A stretch of DNA of 43,950 bases. It comes from Paracoccaceae bacterium (GTDB lineage Bacteria > Pseudomonadota > Alphaproteobacteria > Rhodobacterales > Rhodobacteraceae). Positions 1 to 9,405 of this stretch are shown in pieces. The translations under genes were made by a program, and so were the position numbers. The stretch is taken from NCBI GenBank assembly GCA_007118295.1, contig SKRW01000003.1, positions 1-43,950 of the forward strand, in the 5' to 3' direction. Within the stretch, counting starts at the first letter, position 1, and the number at the start of each line of letters is the position of its first letter. Below the pieces are notes generated by a model. It had not been told where the DNA came from. It did not search any database and worked only from the letters and a program-made list of their open reading frames with translations.

Positions 1-18
1 AACATGAGTGGTCCCGGT

Positions 19-795
19 CTATGAGAGGTCTGGCGTCTGGCGATGCATCACATGCCCGCCTTGCGCGTCAATAACGTGAATGACGTAGTGATATGGTGCT
101 GCGCTGGTCGGTGGTTCATGCGGCGCATCAAGCTGCAACTCGAACTGGAATGCCGTGCTGGTTGCAGCCGATACCAACGACCGGCCAAAGAACGCGCTGA
201 ACGGGCGGTGCATATGCCCGCACAAGACCGTGACTGTCTGCCGCTGCGCATCAAGAATTGACCGAAGCGCGTCCTGACCTTCGAGCAAGATCGCCTTGTC
301 CAGACGTCCCATCCGTGGTGCGCAGGGCGGATGGTGCATGGCAACGAAAGTATGGCCCTCGAACGGGTTTCCAATCTCCTGTGCCAGCCAGTCCAGTTGA
401 GGCGGCAACAGGCGTCCGCCGATTTCCCCTTGTGACAGGGTGTCGAGCGCGAAGATCCTCGCCTGACCGCAGTCTCGTTTGTGATACATCAGGTCAGCGT
501 CGGCGTAGGCCTGTTCACCAGCGACCTGCCGCAGCAGATGACGATCATCGTGATTGCCGGGGATGACAATGTAGGGAATCGGCAGGTCCGCAAGCAGGCC
601 TGCAAGTTCTGCATATTCGTCCGGGCGCGCATCATTTGCAGTGTCGCCCGTGATGACCACCAGATCCAGTTTCGGGCGAAACGCGGACAAGTCCCTGATC
701 AGGGCACGCGCGCGCGCCACCGCATCGGGCTGCACCAGCCCGACCGGGCCTGTGTCTGCGACAATGTGAAGGTCCGAGATGTGTGCGATTTGCAT
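19..795 (-). CDS. Metallophosphoesterase, CpdA/GpdQ-like phosphodiesterase
   Basis: 258 aa with calcineurin-like motifs SDLH, TGD, GNHD, HHPP and GHMH; last gene of the ABC operon. Confidence 0.88.
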   Translation of the reverse strand: MQIAHISDLHIVADTGPVGLVQPDAVARARALIRDLSAFRPKLDLVVITGDTANDARPDEYAELAGLLADLPIPYIVIPGNHDDRHLLRQVAGEQAYADADLMYHKRDCGQARIFALDTLSQGEIGGRLLPPQLDWLAQEIGNPFEGHTFVAMHHPPCAPRMGRLDKAILLEGQDALRSILDAQRQTVTVLCGHMHRPFSAFFGRSLVSAATSTAFQFELQLDAPHEPPTSAAPYHYVIHVIDAQGGHVMHRQTPDLS

Positions 796-804
796 AGTGG
801 TTCC

Positions 805-1629
805 TTAGCGGATGCCCGAGCGCATGAAGCTCTGCACGAACTGGCGCTGGAAGATCAGAAATGCGACAAGCAGTGGCGCAACGGACAGCAGCGTTGCGGC
901 TGTGACCGTTGGCCAGTCAATGCCCTGTTCGACAGTCGAGAACACCTGAAGGCCAACGGTGATCGGGCGCGTGGTTGCTGAGTTCGTTACAACAAGCGGC
1001 CAGAGGAAGTTATTCCAGTGATAGGCCACCATCACCAGACCATAGGCAAGATAGGTGGATCTGGAGAGCGGCACATAGACGCGCCAGAGCACCTTGAGAG
1101 GTCCGGCGCCTTCCATGCGCGCCGCCTCGTCCAGTTCTTTCGGCACGCTTTTGAACGCCTGACGAAACAGGAATATCCCGAAAGCGGACGCCAGATAGGG
1201 CAGGGCTATCGCCGGGATCGTATCGATCAGCCCCATCTTCGAGATCGTAGCATAATTTCGCACCAGCAGCACTTCGGGCATGACCATGAGCTGGACCAGT
1301 ACAACCATGAACAGCCATTGCGACCCCCGAAAGGGGAATACCGCAAAGGCATAGGCCGCAAGCGTGCAGATCACGAATTGCGAGATCACCACGAATGTCA
1401 CCAGAATGAAGGTGTTCAGAAAATACCGGTCAAAGGGCGCGGCATTCCAGACGCGCACGAAATTTTCGAGGGTCAGGGGGGCAAACAGATCGAAACTGCC
1501 CACATAGACGGGCGGGTGAATCGCAGTCCAGATTGCAAACAGCAGCGGCAGCACCCATAGCAGCGCAAGGCACCAGGCAAACAGGGTAACCGAAATCTGG
1601 GTGGCGTTTGACGGACGATTGGCGCTCAT
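805..1629 (-). CDS. Carbohydrate (CUT1) ABC transporter permease, UgpE-like
   Basis: EAA loop ELDEAARMEGA and WNNFLWPL; the ATG at 1629 overlaps the upstream stop (ATGA), so the ORF-track start at 2064 is too long. Confidence 0.88.
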   Translation of the reverse strand: MSANRPSNATQISVTLFAWCLALLWVLPLLFAIWTAIHPPVYVGSFDLFAPLTLENFVRVWNAAPFDRYFLNTFILVTFVVISQFVICTLAAYAFAVFPFRGSQWLFMVVLVQLMVMPEVLLVRNYATISKMGLIDTIPAIALPYLASAFGIFLFRQAFKSVPKELDEAARMEGAGPLKVLWRVYVPLSRSTYLAYGLVMVAYHWNNFLWPLVVTNSATTRPITVGLQVFSTVEQGIDWPTVTAATLLSVAPLLVAFLIFQRQFVQSFMRSGIR

Positions 1630-2501
1630 CTGTAGTGAATCCTCTTGTCGAGAAAGCCAAACTGGATCAGGGCGATCAGGGCCAGAATGGACAGCAACAC
1701 AACGCTGAGAGCCGCAGCATACGCCGTGTCCCAGAAGTTGAACGCAACCTGATAGATGTAGTGAAGCAAAAGCTGGGTAGAGTTGTTCGGCCCGCCGCGC
1801 GTCAGGGCAATGACATGGTCCACCAGTCGAAAAGCCTCGATCACGGCATTGATCAGGATAAACAATGTCGTCGGCATCAGCAGCGGCAAAACCACACGGC
1901 GCAGGCGCTGCAGGTAATTTGCGCCTTCCAGCGTCGCGGCCTCTAGCAGCGATGGCGGTATCTGTTGCAGCGCCGCAAGATAGAAGATCATGAAAAACCC
2001 GGCCAGCTTCCAGATCGTGATGGCGATAAGCGCCCACAAGGCCGTGCCGGACTGACCCAGCCAATTCGTGCCACCAAGCCCGAAAAGCCCTAGGAACTGA
2101 TCGATCAGGCCATAATCGGGGGCGTAAAAGAACATCCAGATATTGGCTACCGCGATCATGGGCAGGATCGTGGGCGTGAAATAGGCAAGCCGGACAAACC
2201 CCCGCCCCTTGATCCGTGAATTGACCAGAAGCGCCATCGCCAGTGCAAGGCCCATCGATACCGGGATCGTGACCGCCGCATAGATCAGGTTATTGAAAAA
2301 GGCGCGGTGGAAAACCGGATCCGCCGCCATCCTTTCGAAATTGCCCAGCCCGACAAAGGCGGCTGGCCTCCGACCGCGCGGGGTCGAGAAGAAACTGTCA
2401 ATCAGGGTTGCGACTGTGGGGTAAAAAGTGAAGGCAATCAGCAGCACGGCCGCCGGAAACAGCAGGAACATGCTGATGATGAAATTGCGTGATACCTTCA
2501 T
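1626..2501 (-). CDS. Carbohydrate (CUT1) ABC transporter permease, UgpA-like
   Basis: FVGLGNF and EAA loop LLEAATLEGA, multiple TM segments; start 2501 (ATG) or 2516. Confidence 0.88.
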   Translation of the reverse strand: MKVSRNFIISMFLLFPAAVLLIAFTFYPTVATLIDSFFSTPRGRRPAAFVGLGNFERMAADPVFHRAFFNNLIYAAVTIPVSMGLALAMALLVNSRIKGRGFVRLAYFTPTILPMIAVANIWMFFYAPDYGLIDQFLGLFGLGGTNWLGQSGTALWALIAITIWKLAGFFMIFYLAALQQIPPSLLEAATLEGANYLQRLRRVVLPLLMPTTLFILINAVIEAFRLVDHVIALTRGGPNNSTQLLLHYIYQVAFNFWDTAYAAALSVVLLSILALIALIQFGFLDKRIHYR

Positions 2502-2533
2502 GTCTCTTTTCCCCACAGTCTTGGTTTTGCAGA

Positions 2534-3829
2534 TCAGTCGCGATAGATCGCCAGAATGCGGTCAGCCTCGGCCTGTGCGGCCTGCATGGCTGCTTCCGGG
2601 GTTTGCTCGCCAATCACGGCAGCCTGGATACCCGTGTTGAGCACCTGGTTTATCCGTGCGGCCTCGAAGGTCGAGATTTCCGGCACAGAGTCTGCGATCT
2701 GCATGCGTGCCACTTGTGCCTGTGGCACTTCCTGCACAAAGTTCCGCAATGTTTCCGTCTCCCAGGAATCGTCGCGCGGTGCGACATAGCCGGTTTGCAC
2801 ACCCCAATCGGCAAGCAACTCTGCAGAGGTCATGAATTTCACAAATTCAAACGCCGCTGCTTGCTGTTCTTCGGATGCCCCGGAGAAGATGTAGAGATTG
2901 CCCCCACCCAGCACGGAGGCCGGCTCGGGGTTGCCCGGATAAGGTGCGACCCCAAAGTCGAAAGGAGCATTGTTGCGAATGTTCGACAGGTTGCCGGTGG
3001 TGTGCCATGCCATGGCCAGACGTCCCTGCATGAAATCACTGGGCGTGGTGCCCCATTCCAGGATGCCGGGGGGGTGAATGCCATGCTCGGTGCTCAGATC
3101 GACAAAGAACTGCAGCGCTTCGATAACCTCGGGCGAATCGAAGAAAGTGTGTGTGCCGTCTTCGCTGGACAGCATTCCCCCATTCTGTGCGACCAGGGCC
3201 CCGAAAAGCCAATGCACCGCGTTCATGCTGCTCGGAATTCCCAGACCCCACTGGGTCACATTGCCAGAGCTGTCACTTACGGTCAGCGCCTTGCCGAATT
3301 CGACCATTTCATCCCAGGTGCGCGGCGGCTGTTCCGGGTCAAGGCCCGCTGCAGCGAAGGCTTCCTTGTTGTAATACATGACAGCGGTTGAACGCTGAAA
3401 TGGAACCGCCCACAGATGACCATCCACCTGCGCAGACGCCAGATAGGCTGGCATGAAGCCGTCCAGCCATTCCTGATCGTCATCCGACGTGACGAATGTG
3501 TCAATTGGCTGGACAACATCTTCGTCGATCAGCGTGTAGATGTCGGTCGCAAGCAACACAGCTACGGTCGGCGGGTTGCCGCTGCGCGCGGCAGTCAGCG
3601 CGCGGGTCGTGGTTTCCGTATAATTGCCGGAAAAGATGGCCTCTACGGCGATATCGGGGTTTTGCGCCTGAAACTCGGCAACATAACCGTCGATCACATC
3701 CGTCAGTGGGCCGCCTACTTGCACCGGGTAAAAGAAGGTGATGTTGGTTTGCGCGATCGCTGGCGACAGGGCAAGCATGCTCAGACTGGCGCTGCCCAGC
3801 AGCGCCCGTTTCAGAAAAGTCATGGTCAT
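2534..3829 (-). CDS. ABC transporter substrate-binding protein, UgpB-like
   Basis: Signal peptide ending AIA-Q; AVPFQRSTAVMYYNKEAF and PPRTWDE motifs; GAGGA RBS before ATG 3829. Confidence 0.85.
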   Translation of the reverse strand: MTMTFLKRALLGSASLSMLALSPAIAQTNITFFYPVQVGGPLTDVIDGYVAEFQAQNPDIAVEAIFSGNYTETTTRALTAARSGNPPTVAVLLATDIYTLIDEDVVQPIDTFVTSDDDQEWLDGFMPAYLASAQVDGHLWAVPFQRSTAVMYYNKEAFAAAGLDPEQPPRTWDEMVEFGKALTVSDSSGNVTQWGLGIPSSMNAVHWLFGALVAQNGGMLSSEDGTHTFFDSPEVIEALQFFVDLSTEHGIHPPGILEWGTTPSDFMQGRLAMAWHTTGNLSNIRNNAPFDFGVAPYPGNPEPASVLGGGNLYIFSGASEEQQAAAFEFVKFMTSAELLADWGVQTGYVAPRDDSWETETLRNFVQEVPQAQVARMQIADSVPEISTFEAARINQVLNTGIQAAVIGEQTPEAAMQAAQAEADRILAIYRD

Positions 3830-3836
3830 GGTTTCC

Positions 3837-4889
3837 TCAGGCTGGTTGGAGTTCGGTCCATTTGGGTTGCGGCACGGTAATGTCCTGCCGCAGCCCAGTT
3901 TCGGCATCAAAAAGATGAAACGCATCGGCGTCCCATCCCAGATGAAGCGTCGTCCCGATCTCGGTTGAGGGACGACCCTGCAGGCGAACCGCACATTGCG
4001 TCACGCCCAAGTCTACGGAGAGGATCGAGTCCGCCCCGAAGTATTCGATCTGAACTACCCGCCCCGGCAAGCCGCGCTCCACCGGATAGAGGTCTTCGGG
4101 GCGCAGGCCGACCAGCGACGAACGCGGAACATTCATGCCGCAGGCGTCAAAAACAGCGGCCTCGATCACATTCATCGCAGGTGCCCCGATGAACCTTGCA
4201 ACAAATGTGCTGGCGGGGCGGGAGTACAGCATTTCGGGAGTATCGAACTGTTCGATACGCCCTTCGCGCAAAAGCGCCACACGATCAGCCATGCTCATCG
4301 CTTCGGTCTGGTCATGTGTGACAAAGATCATCGTGATGCCCAACCTGCGCTGAAGCGATCTGATCTCATTTCGCATTTCAGCCCGAAGGGACGCATCCAG
4401 ATTTGAAAGTGGCTCGTCCAGCAGGCAGATTGGCGACTCGGCAATCAATGCGCGCCCAAGCGCCACCCGTTGCTGTTGCCCACCAGAGAGTTGTGACGGA
4501 CGCCGGTCCAGTAGCGCCTGCAAGCCCAGCAAAGGGGCCACCCGAGCAAGCTTTTCGGCCTGAACCTTTCGGGATTCTCCCCTTACTGAAAGGCCGAAGG
4601 TAATGTTTTCGCCAACAGTCAGATGCGGAAAAAGCGCATATGACTGAAACACCATCGAAATACCTCGCTTGGCGGATGGAAGCGCCGCAATGTCGCGACC
4701 ATCAAGCAGGATTTCGCCCGAGCTTGCCTCTTCAAGACCCGCGATCAGGCGCAGCGTCGTGGACTTGCCGCACCCCGATGGCCCCAGAAGGGCGATGAAC
4801 TCGCCTTCTCGGGTTTCAAGCTCCAGATCACGGACCACATGCGCCGTGTCCCAGAATTTGTTCAATCCGCGGATAGTCAGGATCGGCAT
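3837..4889 (-). CDS. ABC transporter ATP-binding protein, UgpC/MalK-like
   Basis: Walker A GPSGCGKS, signature LSGGQQQR, Walker B LLDEPLSNLD, C-terminal TOBE-like region. Confidence 0.93.
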   Translation of the reverse strand: MPILTIRGLNKFWDTAHVVRDLELETREGEFIALLGPSGCGKSTTLRLIAGLEEASSGEILLDGRDIAALPSAKRGISMVFQSYALFPHLTVGENITFGLSVRGESRKVQAEKLARVAPLLGLQALLDRRPSQLSGGQQQRVALGRALIAESPICLLDEPLSNLDASLRAEMRNEIRSLQRRLGITMIFVTHDQTEAMSMADRVALLREGRIEQFDTPEMLYSRPASTFVARFIGAPAMNVIEAAVFDACGMNVPRSSLVGLRPEDLYPVERGLPGRVVQIEYFGADSILSVDLGVTQCAVRLQGRPSTEIGTTLHLGWDADAFHLFDAETGLRQDITVPQPKWTELQPA

Positions 4890-4898
4890 TGGACGTCC

Positions 4899-5726
4899 TC
4901 AGGCAAAGATGAACTTTTGTTGTAGCGTCTCGGGCAGGTCAGAGATTTGCTCTCTCGACCCGGAATCTGTCACGATCAGGTCCACATCCCCAAGGGAGGT
5001 GATCATCGAAAGCGCGCTTTTGGTGAATTTCGAGTGGTCGGCCAACACAATCACCTTCTGAGCGATTGCGATCATTGCTCGCTGCGTTGCAGCAACAGTG
5101 GGCGTCGCAACATTGATCTGCGCGCGGTTCAGATCGACTGCCGAAACCGACAGGAACAGCTTGTCAACATTGAACCGAGCAATCATTTCGGCGGCAAGCG
5201 AACCACTCAGGCTGTGATTGATGTCGCAGTATTCCCCCCCGATCACAAAAAGACGCTCGACTTCAGCGGCACTCAGGCAGGTCGCGATATCGGTTCCGTT
5301 CGTAACGAATGTAAGGTCCTTCCGGTGCGCCAGATGGCGCGCAACCTGGAGCGTTGTCGTCCCGGCATCGATGAAGACAACATCGCCCTCGGCAACCAGT
5401 TCAGCGGCCGCTTTGCCTATTCTGGCCTTCTCAGCAGCGTTTTGAACCAGTCTCTCTGCGTTGGAATATTCCTGTATGATCTGCCCGGCGGGCAAGGCCC
5501 CGCCATGTGTGCGCCGGATCAGACCGCGCGCTTCCAGATCAACAAGGTCGCGGCGAACGGTCGCCTCTGACACGCCCAGATATGAGCGCAGATCCTGCGT
5601 GTCCACATAAGACTGGGCCTGCACGCGCTGCAACAGACGCGCCTGTCGCTTGCTGGTCAAGGAAATCGTCTTGCTATCCGCCATAACCCGTGAGCCCAGT
5701 GATTCTATCTTATTCTCAGCTAGCAT
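4899..5726 (-). CDS. DeoR/GlpR family transcriptional regulator
   Basis: HTH VSEATVRRDL, RTHGGA and IDAGTT motifs; true start may be ATG 5684. Confidence 0.92.
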   Translation of the reverse strand: MLAENKIESLGSRVMADSKTISLTSKRQARLLQRVQAQSYVDTQDLRSYLGVSEATVRRDLVDLEARGLIRRTHGGALPAGQIIQEYSNAERLVQNAAEKARIGKAAAELVAEGDVVFIDAGTTTLQVARHLAHRKDLTFVTNGTDIATCLSAAEVERLFVIGGEYCDINHSLSGSLAAEMIARFNVDKLFLSVSAVDLNRAQINVATPTVAATQRAMIAIAQKVIVLADHSKFTKSALSMITSLGDVDLIVTDSGSREQISDLPETLQQKFIFA

Positions 5727-5744
5727 AAATTTTAAGCAAAGTCA

Positions 5745-5778
5745 TGAGTGTTTTCGATCATCTGAGTGTTTTTAGTCA
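5745..5778. promoter_or_regulatory. Tandem imperfect repeat, candidate DeoR-family operator
   Basis: TGAGTGTTTTCGATCA (5745-5760) and TGAGTGTTTTTAGTCA (5763-5778), each TGA-N10-TCA, directly upstream of the DeoR-led operon. Confidence 0.45.
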
Positions 5779-6102
5779 CAAAGATGATTAGCAGACATAT
5801 TTTTCTTGGTGCTGATATGCACATACGACGGCAAGGGTTCTGCGGCACTTGACTGGGTGTTGATTTCGGCATGCGGCAAATCCCGGTGCTTATCACAGCT
5901 CCACCAGTATACGGGTTCTACCGTCCGAAGCATTTGAACCTGACACTCCGGGGCCTTCTTTTGCGGGACCCTGCGCGGTGATAATCGCTCAATGCTACAG
6001 GCATGTGACATGCTGGGCGCTCAGTGCCGCAATATGTAGCAGAATGCTGGTTGGCTCGTATTTTTATCGTCAACTGGCGGTCTGGAGTTGACGTGGCCGC
6101 AT

Positions 6103-6138
6103 GCGGGTATGACAAACTCTCATTAATGTCATACCCGC
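6103..6138. promoter_or_regulatory. NikR operator
   Basis: GTATGA-N16-TCATAC (6107-6134), the E. coli NikR operator pattern, inside a 12-bp perfect inverted repeat GCGGGTATGACA/TGTCATACCCGC just before the nik operon; nikR lies nearby. Confidence 0.85.
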
Positions 6139-6151
6139 GCACGGAGTCTTC

Positions 6152-6871
6152 ATGACAAGACCATTTTTAGCCGCGGCCATTTTGGCCATTGCACCGGTCG
6201 CCGCGACCGCACAAAGCCTGACCCTGTTCGCCTCGGGCGAGGATCTGGCGACCGAAGGCTTCAACTCTCCAAAGCTGACGCGCGACGGTTGGGCGCTGGA
6301 ATTCACGCGAATTCTCGCGACCTTTGACCACATCACAGCGTGGCAATCCGATCCCCCTTTCATGGGCGATGGACCTGAAATTGCGGGCGCAGCGCTGTCA
6401 ATACCCGGCCCTTTCACAGTGGATCTGGTCAATGCGGATGACGCGGACCGCGTGGCACTTGCAACTGTCGAGGCGACGGAAGGGCATTACAACGCCCTGT
6501 CATGGGCACTGGTCCCGGCAACACGCGGAGATGCAGAAGGCTTCTCTCTGATTTTCGAAGGCGTTGCGCGCAAGGATGGTCAGGAAGTGGCTTTCACCTT
6601 GCGCAGCACCGACGCGGTGATGCATGCGTGCGGCGAGTATATGGGCGACGAACGCAAGGGCTTTGTAACTTCGGGCGGCGCGGCGGATCTGGAGATCACC
6701 TTGCACCTCGACCATCTGTTTGGGCGGGCTGACAAGGGCGGAGATGATGAAATGAACCGTGACGCATTGGGATTTGATGCCTTTGCAGCAGGCGGGACGC
6801 ATGACTTCTCGCTAGTGGGGCTGCATGTTGGCCATGTCGGAGAAGGCCATTGCCATGACACGTTGCTCTAG
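6152..6871 (+). CDS. Exported His/Cys-containing protein, putative nickel-binding accessory component (DUF4382-like)
   Basis: Signal peptide ending ATA-Q; HACGEY, HLDHLFG and C-terminal HVGHVGEGHCH; first gene after the NikR box. Confidence 0.6.
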   Translation: MTRPFLAAAILAIAPVAATAQSLTLFASGEDLATEGFNSPKLTRDGWALEFTRILATFDHITAWQSDPPFMGDGPEIAGAALSIPGPFTVDLVNADDADRVALATVEATEGHYNALSWALVPATRGDAEGFSLIFEGVARKDGQEVAFTLRSTDAVMHACGEYMGDERKGFVTSGGAADLEITLHLDHLFGRADKGGDDEMNRDALGFDAFAAGGTHDFSLVGLHVGHVGEGHCHDTLL

Positions 6872-7319
6872 GCTTGTTGCCGCTTGTGTGCTTGCGGTTC
6901 TCTGCGCCCCGCATGTCGCATTATCACATGCCGCGCTGATCGAGGCCGAAACAACGCAGGCTATCCGTCTGCATGCCTTCTATGAGACGGGCGAACCGAT
7001 GGCGCAGGCGCAGGTCATCATCTTTGCACCCGACAACCCGGCGCTGGTCTGGGGGCAGGGCCTGACAGACCTGCAGGGACGCTTTGATTTCATCCCCGAT
7101 GCGCAAATGGGGCGCTGGTCCGTTCAGGTGCGCCAGGCGGGGCATGGGGCCATGGCGCATGTCGAGATGGGCACAATGGACCCTGTGGTCATCACGTCTG
7201 CGGGTGGTCCGCAAAACTGGACGCAGCGCGCAATCATGATCGCGCTGGTGGCATGGGGTGCGCTTGGCACGGCACTTTGGGCCGCGGGGAACAGGAACAG
7301 GGCGGATGCATCTTCCTGA
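6855..7319 (+). CDS. Exported protein with C-terminal membrane anchor, NikL-like ECF accessory component
   Basis: Signal peptide ending ALS-H (His at the mature N-terminus); GEPMAQAQV..GLTDLQGRFDF beta-sandwich motif; one C-terminal TM helix. Confidence 0.6.
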   Translation: MTRCSRLVAACVLAVLCAPHVALSHAALIEAETTQAIRLHAFYETGEPMAQAQVIIFAPDNPALVWGQGLTDLQGRFDFIPDAQMGRWSVQVRQAGHGAMAHVEMGTMDPVVITSAGGPQNWTQRAIMIALVAWGALGTALWAAGNRNRADASS

Positions 7320-7929
7320 CGGCCTGGTGCCGCTAGAGTTGGCGCTGGCGGGCTATGCAGGCAGCGCTCTGTTGACGGGTCTTGCGCTTGCGCGCATCAA
7401 GCGCTTGCCGGACCCGCGCGGTGAATTGCCGCGTGCGGCGATGCTGACAACTGTTTTCTTTGCCGCCTCGGCCCTCAGCATTCCCGTGCCGCCAACAAGC
7501 GTACATCTGATGCTGACAGGGCTGATGGGCGTTATGCTGGGCTGGTTTGCCGTGCCTGCCATTCTGGTGGGGCTGTTCCTGCAAGCGGTCCTGTTTGGGC
7601 ATGGCGGGCTGACGACACTGGGCCTTAACGGGCTGATCCTGTGTCTGCCTGCGCTTGTGGGGTTTGCGATCTGGCGCGGGGCAGGGGCACGGTGGCCGGA
7701 TCTGGCCGCTTTGATTGCCGGTGGCGGAGCAGTGCTGCTGGCGCTGGCGATATTTGCAGGCATTGTGCTGCTGGGAATGCCAGCCGCGCTGGATGCAGGC
7801 GCAGAACGGGCGGCGCTGGCGGTGTTCCTGCTTGCGCATCTTCCGCTTGTGCTGGCCGAGGGTGTGATCGTTGTGGTGCTCTTGCGGGTGCTGCGCCGGA
7901 TCGAGCCTGCTCTGGTGCCCCATGGCTGA
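7306..7929 (+). CDS. nikM: Nickel/cobalt ECF transporter S component NikM (CbiM family)
   Basis: N-terminal MHLPDG metal-binding motif at ATG 7306; TSVHL and LFGHGGLTTLGLN motifs. Confidence 0.88.
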   Translation: MHLPDGLVPLELALAGYAGSALLTGLALARIKRLPDPRGELPRAAMLTTVFFAASALSIPVPPTSVHLMLTGLMGVMLGWFAVPAILVGLFLQAVLFGHGGLTTLGLNGLILCLPALVGFAIWRGAGARWPDLAALIAGGGAVLLALAIFAGIVLLGMPAALDAGAERAALAVFLLAHLPLVLAEGVIVVVLLRVLRRIEPALVPHG

Positions 7930-8644
7930 GGCGTTGCCAACCGCTAGCCTGTCAGCGCGTGCGCGCCTTGTCATGGCCTTTATTCTTGCCTTTGGGATTG
8001 CCGCGCTCCAAAATCTTGTGGCCCTGCCCATCGCTGTGGCGCTGGCGATCGGGGCGCTGGTCTGCGCCCCCGAACGCCGCGCCGTGCTATACCGGCTAAG
8101 GCCAGCGGCACTGCTGGCATTGATGTTTCTCATTGTGCTGCCGTTCATCACATCTGGGGAAACCTTGGTGCAATCCGGGCCGCTGCGCATCACGAAAGAA
8201 GGCGCACACGCCAGCATGCTGATCGCGGGCCGGATGATGGTGATCGTGACCCTTGTCATGGTGCTGCTGGCGCCAGTGTCGGCCTTTCGACTGGTGGGTG
8301 CCCTTCGCGCCCTCGGTCTGCCCGCGCTGATCGCAGATCTCGCGATGCTGACCTTGCGGTATCTGGACGAGGTGACGGCGGAACTGCAGCGTGCGCGTGT
8401 GGCGCGCGCGCTTCGGGGCGGGGCAACGGGTCTGCGCGGACTGCCGGACCATGCGCTGTTGCTTGCGACCAGCCTGATCCGCGCACAAATCCGGGCCGAG
8501 CGGCTTTGGGCGGCCATGCGGTTGCGCGGCTACGGCATGCGCCACGGCACTTTGCCCACCCCGCTGGCTATGCGCGACTGGACTGCAATCGCGGGGACAG
8601 GCGCTGTAGCGTTGGCGCTGGTCGCATTGGATCGCAGCCTGTGA
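7922..8644 (+). CDS. nikQ: ECF transporter T component NikQ/CbiQ
   Basis: Hydrophobic N-half; LTLRYL, ARALRG and AMRLRGY coupling motifs; overlaps the nikM stop. Confidence 0.85.
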   Translation: MAEALPTASLSARARLVMAFILAFGIAALQNLVALPIAVALAIGALVCAPERRAVLYRLRPAALLALMFLIVLPFITSGETLVQSGPLRITKEGAHASMLIAGRMMVIVTLVMVLLAPVSAFRLVGALRALGLPALIADLAMLTLRYLDEVTAELQRARVARALRGGATGLRGLPDHALLLATSLIRAQIRAERLWAAMRLRGYGMRHGTLPTPLAMRDWTAIAGTGAVALALVALDRSL

Positions 8645-9405
8645 GCCTGTTGCAGATCAAGCAGCTTTCAGTGGGCTGGGCAGGGCAGGGGGCCGTCCTG
8701 CGCGAACTGGATCTGACGATTGCCGATGGCGAGAGAGTTGGGCTGGTCGGCCCGAACGGCGCAGGCAAGAGCAGCCTGTTCCATGCCATCGCCGGTATTC
8801 TGCCGCCCATGGCGGGAACCATTCGCCTGCTTGGCCAGCCCGTGCGGCCTGGGGCCTTTCATCCTGATCTGGCGCTGGTATTCCAACACGCCGAGGACCA
8901 GCTTTTTTGCCCGACACTGACCGAAGATGTCGCCTTTGGTGCGCGGAACCTGGGCCTGCCAGAGCCAGAGGTTCAAGCCCGCGTTGCACAGGCCATCCGC
9001 GCCTGTGGGCTTGACGGGCTGGAAGAGCGCCCCGTCCACAGGCTCTCGGGCGGCGAGAAGCGGCGCGCCTGTATCGCGGGCGCATTGGTGATGCGGCCTG
9101 CACTGATGCTGCTGGACGAGCCCTCTTCTGCGCTGGATTTGCGCAGCCGGCGGCGACTGATCGCACTGCTGTCGCAGATGGAACAAGCCCTGCTGATCGC
9201 CAGCCACGACCTTGAGATGCTGCTGGAACTGTGCCCGCGTGTCGTGCTGATCGATCAGGGGCGTATCTGCGCTGACGGACCTGCGCGCGAGGTCCTGGGA
9301 AACCATGAACTGATGGCCGCCCACGGGCAGGAAGTGCCCCACTCGCTGACCCCTCATGACTGGGTGTCGCACGATCACGACGGCGCGGTCAGAACCGCTC
9401 CTTGA
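8641..9405 (+). CDS. nikO: ECF transporter ATPase NikO/CbiO
   Basis: GTG start overlapping the nikQ stop; GPNGAGKS, VFQHAEDQLF, LSGGEKRR, LLDEP; His-rich tail. Confidence 0.88.
   Translation: MSLLQIKQLSVGWAGQGAVLRELDLTIADGERVGLVGPNGAGKSSLFHAIAGILPPMAGTIRLLGQPVRPGAFHPDLALVFQHAEDQLFCPTLTEDVAFGARNLGLPEPEVQARVAQAIRACGLDGLEERPVHRLSGGEKRRACIAGALVMRPALMLLDEPSSALDLRSRRRLIALLSQMEQALLIASHDLEMLLELCPRVVLIDQGRICADGPAREVLGNHELMAAHGQEVPHSLTPHDWVSHDHDGAVRTAP

Noticed and set aside
7306-9405. Cobalt transporter cbiMQO with a B12 riboswitch
   Set aside because: No riboswitch-length leader; a NikR operator and nikR are present; MHLPDG is closer to NikM than to CbiM MHIMEG
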